Part shown: piece by piece, positions 51,274 to 55,448 of the stretch | How positions within the stretch are numbered: the first letter of the stretch is position 1 | Layout: the number at the start of each line of letters is the position of its first letter | NCBI GenBank assembly: GCA_045563315.1 | Contig: JBJKUD010000001.1 | Location: 1-55,448 of the forward strand | Source of the DNA: Candidatus Actinomarina sp. | GTDB lineage: Bacteria > Actinomycetota > Acidimicrobiia > Actinomarinales > Actinomarinaceae | Direction: 5' to 3' | DNA: 55,448 bases | Notes under the pieces: model-generated | What the model was told of the DNA's origin: nothing | The model's database searches: none | Seen by the model: the letters and a program-made list of their open reading frames with translations, nothing else | Program-made: the position numbers and the translations under genes

Positions 51274-52050
51274 ATGAATCTTGAGTGGCATCCACATTAT
51301 GACGTATGGGCATTAATCATATCTTTAATAATATTTTTTGAATATACAACAAACAATAACGATTTAAAGAAACCTAAAAGAAAGTTTTGGTATTCTGGTT
51401 TATTTATTCTATGGATTTTTACAGACTGGCCTCTACATGATATTGGTGAAAAATATCTTTTTTCTGTCCATTCCGTTGAACACCTTGTACTGGCACTTAT
51501 ATCTCCTCCCCTTTTATTACTTGGCCTTCACAGTTCACAGAAAAAACTTATATCAATAAAACCTTTTATTAGTGTTTTAAAAATTACGAGTAAGCCAGTT
51601 GTTGCTTTTTTCTTATTTAACTTTGTAATGGTAGGAATGCATTGGAGTACGGTAGTTAACTTAATGGTCACTAATCATATTTTTCACTTTTTAGTTCATT
51701 CAATTATGTTGCTCGTGTCTCTCAATATGTGGGTACCGGTTATTGGGTTTTCTGATGAAATAAAAAGCTTAAATTCAGCAGCGAGTATTGGATATCTATT
51801 TCTACAATCCTTACTTCCAACAGTCCCTGCAAGCTTTTTAGCGTTTGGGACAGAACCCTTGTATTCTGCCTATGTTGGGATCGATAATATATTTAATATT
51901 TCAACTTTGAATGATCAGGTTCTAGGCGGCTTAATCTTAAAATTAGGTGGAGGAATGATTCTCTGGATATCAATACTAACAATATGGATGAAATGGTACA
52001 AAACTGAAAAAACCTTTGATGATGTGGTTAGAAATGTCTCAGCGGACTAA
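51274..52050 (+). CDS. ctaG: Cytochrome c oxidase assembly factor CtaG (caa3_CtaG family membrane protein)
   Basis: 258 aa with about 7 TM segments and conserved HSVEHLVLAL. Follows ctaF immediately, as in the Bacillus ctaBCDEFG cluster. Confidence 0.72.
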   Translation: MNLEWHPHYDVWALIISLIIFFEYTTNNNDLKKPKRKFWYSGLFILWIFTDWPLHDIGEKYLFSVHSVEHLVLALISPPLLLLGLHSSQKKLISIKPFISVLKITSKPVVAFFLFNFVMVGMHWSTVVNLMVTNHIFHFLVHSIMLLVSLNMWVPVIGFSDEIKSLNSAASIGYLFLQSLLPTVPASFLAFGTEPLYSAYVGIDNIFNISTLNDQVLGGLILKLGGGMILWISILTIWMKWYKTEKTFDDVVRNVSAD

Positions 52051-52068
52051 AATTTAAATAATAATCAC

Positions 52069-53187
52069 ATGGACGAAAAACTTGTAGAACAAATCAGTAC
52101 AGCAACAGGTGTGCCTCAGGAATTAGTATCTCGATCAGCACAAGCTAGAGCTGAGGCTAATGGTGTTGATATAAATGCTATTTTAAGTAGCTGGTCAAGT
52201 GGTGAGGCACCATCTGTAAGCTCAGCACCCGTTGAGACAATGGTTGAGGAAGCACCCGTTGAGACAATGGTTGAGGAAGCACCCGTTGAGACAATGGTTG
52301 AGGAAGCACCCGTTGAGACAATGGTTGAGGAAGCACCCGTTGAGACAATGGTTGATTATATTGATGAAAATGTTGAACCCCCTGCACAGCTTGGAACAAA
52401 AATTTTAAGAGCCTTACAGTATGGAAGTATTTATGGAATAGTTGCTGGTTTTATACAAGCATTCATAGCAAGTTCTTATCTTTATGAAGGATTGATTCTA
52501 GAAGCAGAAACATTAAATTTAATTTCTGATTATACACCTACTCAATACATTCTTAATATAGCTTTAACAACAACTGTATTTGCAGTTATTAATTCTGTAA
52601 ATCTCAAAAAAGTTTTAGAAAAAAATTATGAAGGTTTCGGAATACTTACAAATGATAGAGAATCAGTATTTTTAGGAATTGGCCTCGGATTAATTTTTGG
52701 TTCATCAGTAGGATTTTTAATTACTTCTGACATTGGCGTAACTATAGAAGCAATTCTTGAAGATGATGTAACTACCCACCTTATACCAGTAATGGGATCA
52801 TTCTGGAGGATAGTTTTCTTTTCCACACTTTCTCAAGCAATCATTGCAACAATTGGAATTCTCCTTGGGGTTCCTAAAGGTTTAGATATTTATGAATTAA
52901 AAGAAGCAAATATAATAAGAAATAGAGTTACTGGTTCAATAGTAATTCCTCTTGGAGCAATTTTATTCGGTGGAATAATTTCAATATTAATATCTCAAGT
53001 CTTCATAAACTTTCACGACTACGCACCATTGTTTGCCCTAATAATATCTGCTGCAATATTGTTATTTGCATCAGTAATGAGCTCAGCACCAAAAATTAAA
53101 ATTACCAGAAGTGAGGTTCTTATTGCATCTGCAGGTGTGATTACATTAATTGTAATAATCGCAAGTGTTGCATCTACTCAAAATTAA
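52069..53187 (+). CDS. Hypothetical polytopic membrane protein with N-terminal soluble domain and (APVETMVEE)n repeat linker
   Basis: 372 aa. The N-terminal ~45 aa are hydrophilic, followed by five tandem APVETMVE(E) units and about 6 hydrophobic segments. Last gene of the cta-oriented string, with an intrinsic terminator downstream. No family recognised. Confidence 0.75.
   Translation: MDEKLVEQISTATGVPQELVSRSAQARAEANGVDINAILSSWSSGEAPSVSSAPVETMVEEAPVETMVEEAPVETMVEEAPVETMVEEAPVETMVDYIDENVEPPAQLGTKILRALQYGSIYGIVAGFIQAFIASSYLYEGLILEAETLNLISDYTPTQYILNIALTTTVFAVINSVNLKKVLEKNYEGFGILTNDRESVFLGIGLGLIFGSSVGFLITSDIGVTIEAILEDDVTTHLIPVMGSFWRIVFFSTLSQAIIATIGILLGVPKGLDIYELKEANIIRNRVTGSIVIPLGAILFGGIISILISQVFINFHDYAPLFALIISAAILLFASVMSSAPKIKITRSEVLIASAGVITLIVIIASVASTQN
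52225..52355 (+). repeat. Perfect 27-bp in-frame tandem repeat, about 4.85 copies (unit GCACCCGTTGAGACAATGGTTGAGGAA)
   Basis: Read directly from the sequence. Units at 52225, 52252, 52279 and 52306 are identical. A fifth copy starting at 52333 is identical for 23 nt. Confidence 0.97.
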
Positions 53188-53309
53188 TTTAACAAAAATG
53201 TAACACATTATTACAGAAGGACTGCTATATTATTCTCATGTTAATTTTAAACGCGTCAAAAGTGGTGGTGATCTACATATAGGTAGCCCTGTCGCATGCG
53301 TTTGATGGA

Positions 53310-53335
53310 CCGGGCAAATTGCCCGGATTTTTTTT
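53310..53335 (+). terminator. Rho-independent terminator
   Basis: GC-rich hairpin CCGGGCA-AAT-TGCCCGG (53310-53326) followed by A and T8 (53328-53335). The reverse strand has no U-tract, so it is + strand specific. It lies 123 nt after the 52069-53187 gene and 13 nt before the next ORF. Confidence 0.7.
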
Positions 53336-53347
53336 GAAAGGAAAGAA

Positions 53348-53572
53348 ATGATAGATGAAAATACATTCTACGATGAAGAATATTATGAAGAAACTAATGA
53401 TGATGGTTCTTCTAAATTCGTGAATAACTTCCTATCATTTGAAGACAAAATTTTTAGAGCTCCTTACAATTTTTTGAAAAAGATTGGAGTTGTAAGTACT
53501 TATCGAAGCGTTGCAAAAAAATTAAAACAAACAAAAGATGATATTTACGAAAGTTTTTACGATGGTGAATAA
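53348..53572 (+). CDS. Hypothetical small acidic protein
   Basis: 74 aa. A good AAAGGA Shine-Dalgarno-like sequence lies about 7 nt upstream. The N-terminus is acidic and Tyr-rich ([17 protein letters not shown]). Overlaps the aceA start by 11 nt. No family recognised. Confidence 0.5.
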   Translation: MIDENTFYDEEYYEETNDDGSSKFVNNFLSFEDKIFRAPYNFLKKIGVVSTYRSVAKKLKQTKDDIYESFYDGE

Positions 53573-54845
53573 AGATCATCTTGACCCTTTAATACTTAAT
53601 AAAGATTGGGAATCAAATCCAAGGTGGAAAGACACTAAAAGAAATTTTTCAGCTGAAGACGTAGTCTCACTTAGAAACTCCCTAAATATTGAATACTCCC
53701 TCTCTCAAAATGGTTCAAAAAATCTATGGAACTTAGTAAATAGGAAAGAAGAATGGGTTTCGGCTCTTGGGGCCTTATCAGGAAATCAAGCAGTTCAAAT
53801 GGCAAAAGCTGGGCTAGAAGCTATATATTTAAGTGGTTGGCAAGTAGCAGCAGACTCAAATTTAGGTGACACAACTTATCCAGATCAATCACTGTATCCC
53901 AGCAACAGTGCTCCCAATCTTGCAAAAAAAATTAACAATGCTTTATTGAGAGCAGAACAAGTTGATAAGACTGATGGAATCGAAACAACTGATTATATAG
54001 TTCCAATTGTTGCTGATGGAGAAGCAGGCTTTGGAGGAGCGTTAAATGTTTTTGAACTTACGAAAAAATTTATTGAAGCTGGAGTAGCAGCTGTACATTT
54101 TGAAGATCAACTTGCTGCTGAAAAAAAATGTGGGCATATGGGAGGAAAAGTCCTTGTGCCAACAAGCCAGCATATAAGAACATTAACTTCAGCTAGGTTA
54201 GCTGCTGACACGCTTGGTGTGCCTCTTGTAATTATTGCGAGAACAGATGCATTAGGTGCAAATTTAATTACAAGTGATATTGATGAAATTGATGCAGAAT
54301 TTGTAACTGGAGAAAGAACTGCGGAAGGATTCTATAGAGTCAATAATGGCCCTGAAGCAGCTATTTCAAGAGCTCTTTCATACGCTCCTTATTCAGATCT
54401 TGTATGGTGTGAAACATCAAAACCTGATCTTGCTTTTGCTAAAGATTTTGCCGAGGCAGTACATGAAAAATTTCCAGGAAAACTAATGGCCTATAATTGT
54501 TCTCCATCGTTTAATTGGAAAGCATCATTAAATGAGCAAGAAATAGCTACTTTCCAAGAACAATTGAGTTCCTTCGGCTACAAATTTCAATTTATTACTT
54601 TGGCAGGATTTCACTCATTAAACACCTCCATGTTTGAGTTAGCCTCAAATTATAAAGGTGGGAATATGTCGTCTTATGTTGAGCTTCAAGAAAAAGAATT
54701 TTCTCTTGAGGAAAAAGGATTCACATCAGTTAAACATCAGAGAGAAGTTGGCGCCGGCTACTTCGACAAAGTTTCAACAATAATTTCAGGAGGAGACGCT
54801 TCAACGTTAGCTTTGGAAGGTTCTACTGAAGAAGAACAATTTTAA
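53562..54845 (+). CDS. aceA: Isocitrate lyase
   Basis: Start at the ATG at 53562 (MVNKDHLDP...). The signature [12 protein letters not shown] matches K[KR]CGH[LM]. Also contains SGWQVAAD and the PEP-mutase/ICL fold motif IARTDA. Confidence 0.95.
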   Translation: MVNKDHLDPLILNKDWESNPRWKDTKRNFSAEDVVSLRNSLNIEYSLSQNGSKNLWNLVNRKEEWVSALGALSGNQAVQMAKAGLEAIYLSGWQVAADSNLGDTTYPDQSLYPSNSAPNLAKKINNALLRAEQVDKTDGIETTDYIVPIVADGEAGFGGALNVFELTKKFIEAGVAAVHFEDQLAAEKKCGHMGGKVLVPTSQHIRTLTSARLAADTLGVPLVIIARTDALGANLITSDIDEIDAEFVTGERTAEGFYRVNNGPEAAISRALSYAPYSDLVWCETSKPDLAFAKDFAEAVHEKFPGKLMAYNCSPSFNWKASLNEQEIATFQEQLSSFGYKFQFITLAGFHSLNTSMFELASNYKGGNMSSYVELQEKEFSLEEKGFTSVKHQREVGAGYFDKVSTIISGGDASTLALEGSTEEEQF

Positions 54846-55448
54846 TGATTGAAATAGAGTCTAATAAAAAAAATGATTATCAATCAATACTGACAGATGA
54901 TGCAATTAATTTTTTAGAAAAAATTTGTTCAACTTTTGAATCACAACGTCAGGAAATTTTAGAAAATAGAAAAAAAATGCAACAATCCATTTCATCTGGT
55001 AATAGGCTTTCATTTCCAAAAGATCTGAAAATTAGAGAAGATGATTGGACTGTTACACCTCCGCCATCAGATGTAGCAAACAGAAATGTAGAGATTACTG
55101 GACCTGTTGATAGAAAAATGATTATTAATGCTTTAAATTCTGGTGCAGACGTATTTATGGCAGATTTTGAAGATTCAACTTCACCAACTTGGAAAAACAT
55201 AATGGACGGTCAAATTAATTTGTTTGATGCAAATAAAGGAAAACTTGAATTTGTTGACCCAAAAAATGAGAAAACTTATTCTTTACGTGAAGATAGTAAA
55301 ACTAGCCTATTTGTAAGACCAAGAGGTTTACATCTTGATGATAAAAATGTTTTAATGAATGGAAAACCAATTTCAGGTGCTTTTTTAGATTTTGCTTTGT
55401 ATACATTTCATAATTCAAAAATAAGACTGGAAAATAATATTGGTACTT
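54845..55448 (+). CDS. aceB: Malate synthase A (N-terminal part; runs off the 3' edge)
   Basis: Absent from the ORF track because of the window edge. The ATG at 54845 forms a TAATG overlap with the aceA stop. Translation gives [27 protein letters not shown]...NRNVEITGPVDRKMIINALNSGADVFMADFEDSTSPTWKNIMDGQINL, matching the E. coli AceB region VEITGPVERKMVINAL...VFMADFEDS. Confidence 0.92.
   Translation, partial: MIEIESNKKNDYQSILTDDAINFLEKICSTFESQRQEILENRKKMQQSISSGNRLSFPKDLKIREDDWTVTPPPSDVANRNVEITGPVDRKMIINALNSGADVFMADFEDSTSPTWKNIMDGQINLFDANKGKLEFVDPKNEKTYSLREDSKTSLFVRPRGLHLDDKNVLMNGKPISGAFLDFALYTFHNSKIRLENNIGT

Overview
The window is a strongly AT-rich, very gene-dense chromosomal core segment with about 50 CDS and 2 tRNAs. 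Many genes overlap by 4-17 nt and there is almost no intergenic DNA. The gene order clpC-lysS-coaX-panC-folK-folB-folP-folE-ftsH-tilS, together with topA next to tmk-holB, is the conserved actinobacterial arrangement (compare the Mycobacterium clpC1...ftsH...tilS region). I therefore infer a streamlined low-GC actinobacterium, possibly a marine Actinomarinales- or Acidimicrobiia-like lineage. This taxonomy is an inference and was not searched.

The remaining genes are housekeeping and energy metabolism: metK, a membrane pyrophosphatase, leuCD, ald, a TldD/PmbA pair, a group 1/2 sigma factor, ctaA, hflX, gnd, pepN and lgt. There is also a complete Bacillus-style caa3 oxidase cluster (ctaB / ctaCDEFG) and the glyoxylate-shunt genes aceA-aceB.

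Two edge-truncated genes are missing from the supplied ORF track: a BMP-family lipoprotein at the 5' edge and malate synthase at the 3' edge.

I found no mobile elements, CRISPR arrays, defence systems or pseudogenes, and no convincing novel multi-gene system. The observations most worth following up are:
- a type-II tRNA with a UCA anticodon (tRNA-Sec) with no sel genes or UGA-interrupted ORFs nearby
- a eukaryote-like indoleamine 2,3-dioxygenase homologue translationally coupled to alanine dehydrogenase
- a phosphatase-fold-like ORF without a CX5R motif, embedded in the folate operon
- a membrane protein at the end of the cta operon carrying about 4.85 perfect 27-bp tandem repeats
- a photolyase-related protein that seems to lack the Fe-S CxxC pair
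- a small leader-like region with an intrinsic terminator upstream of aceA
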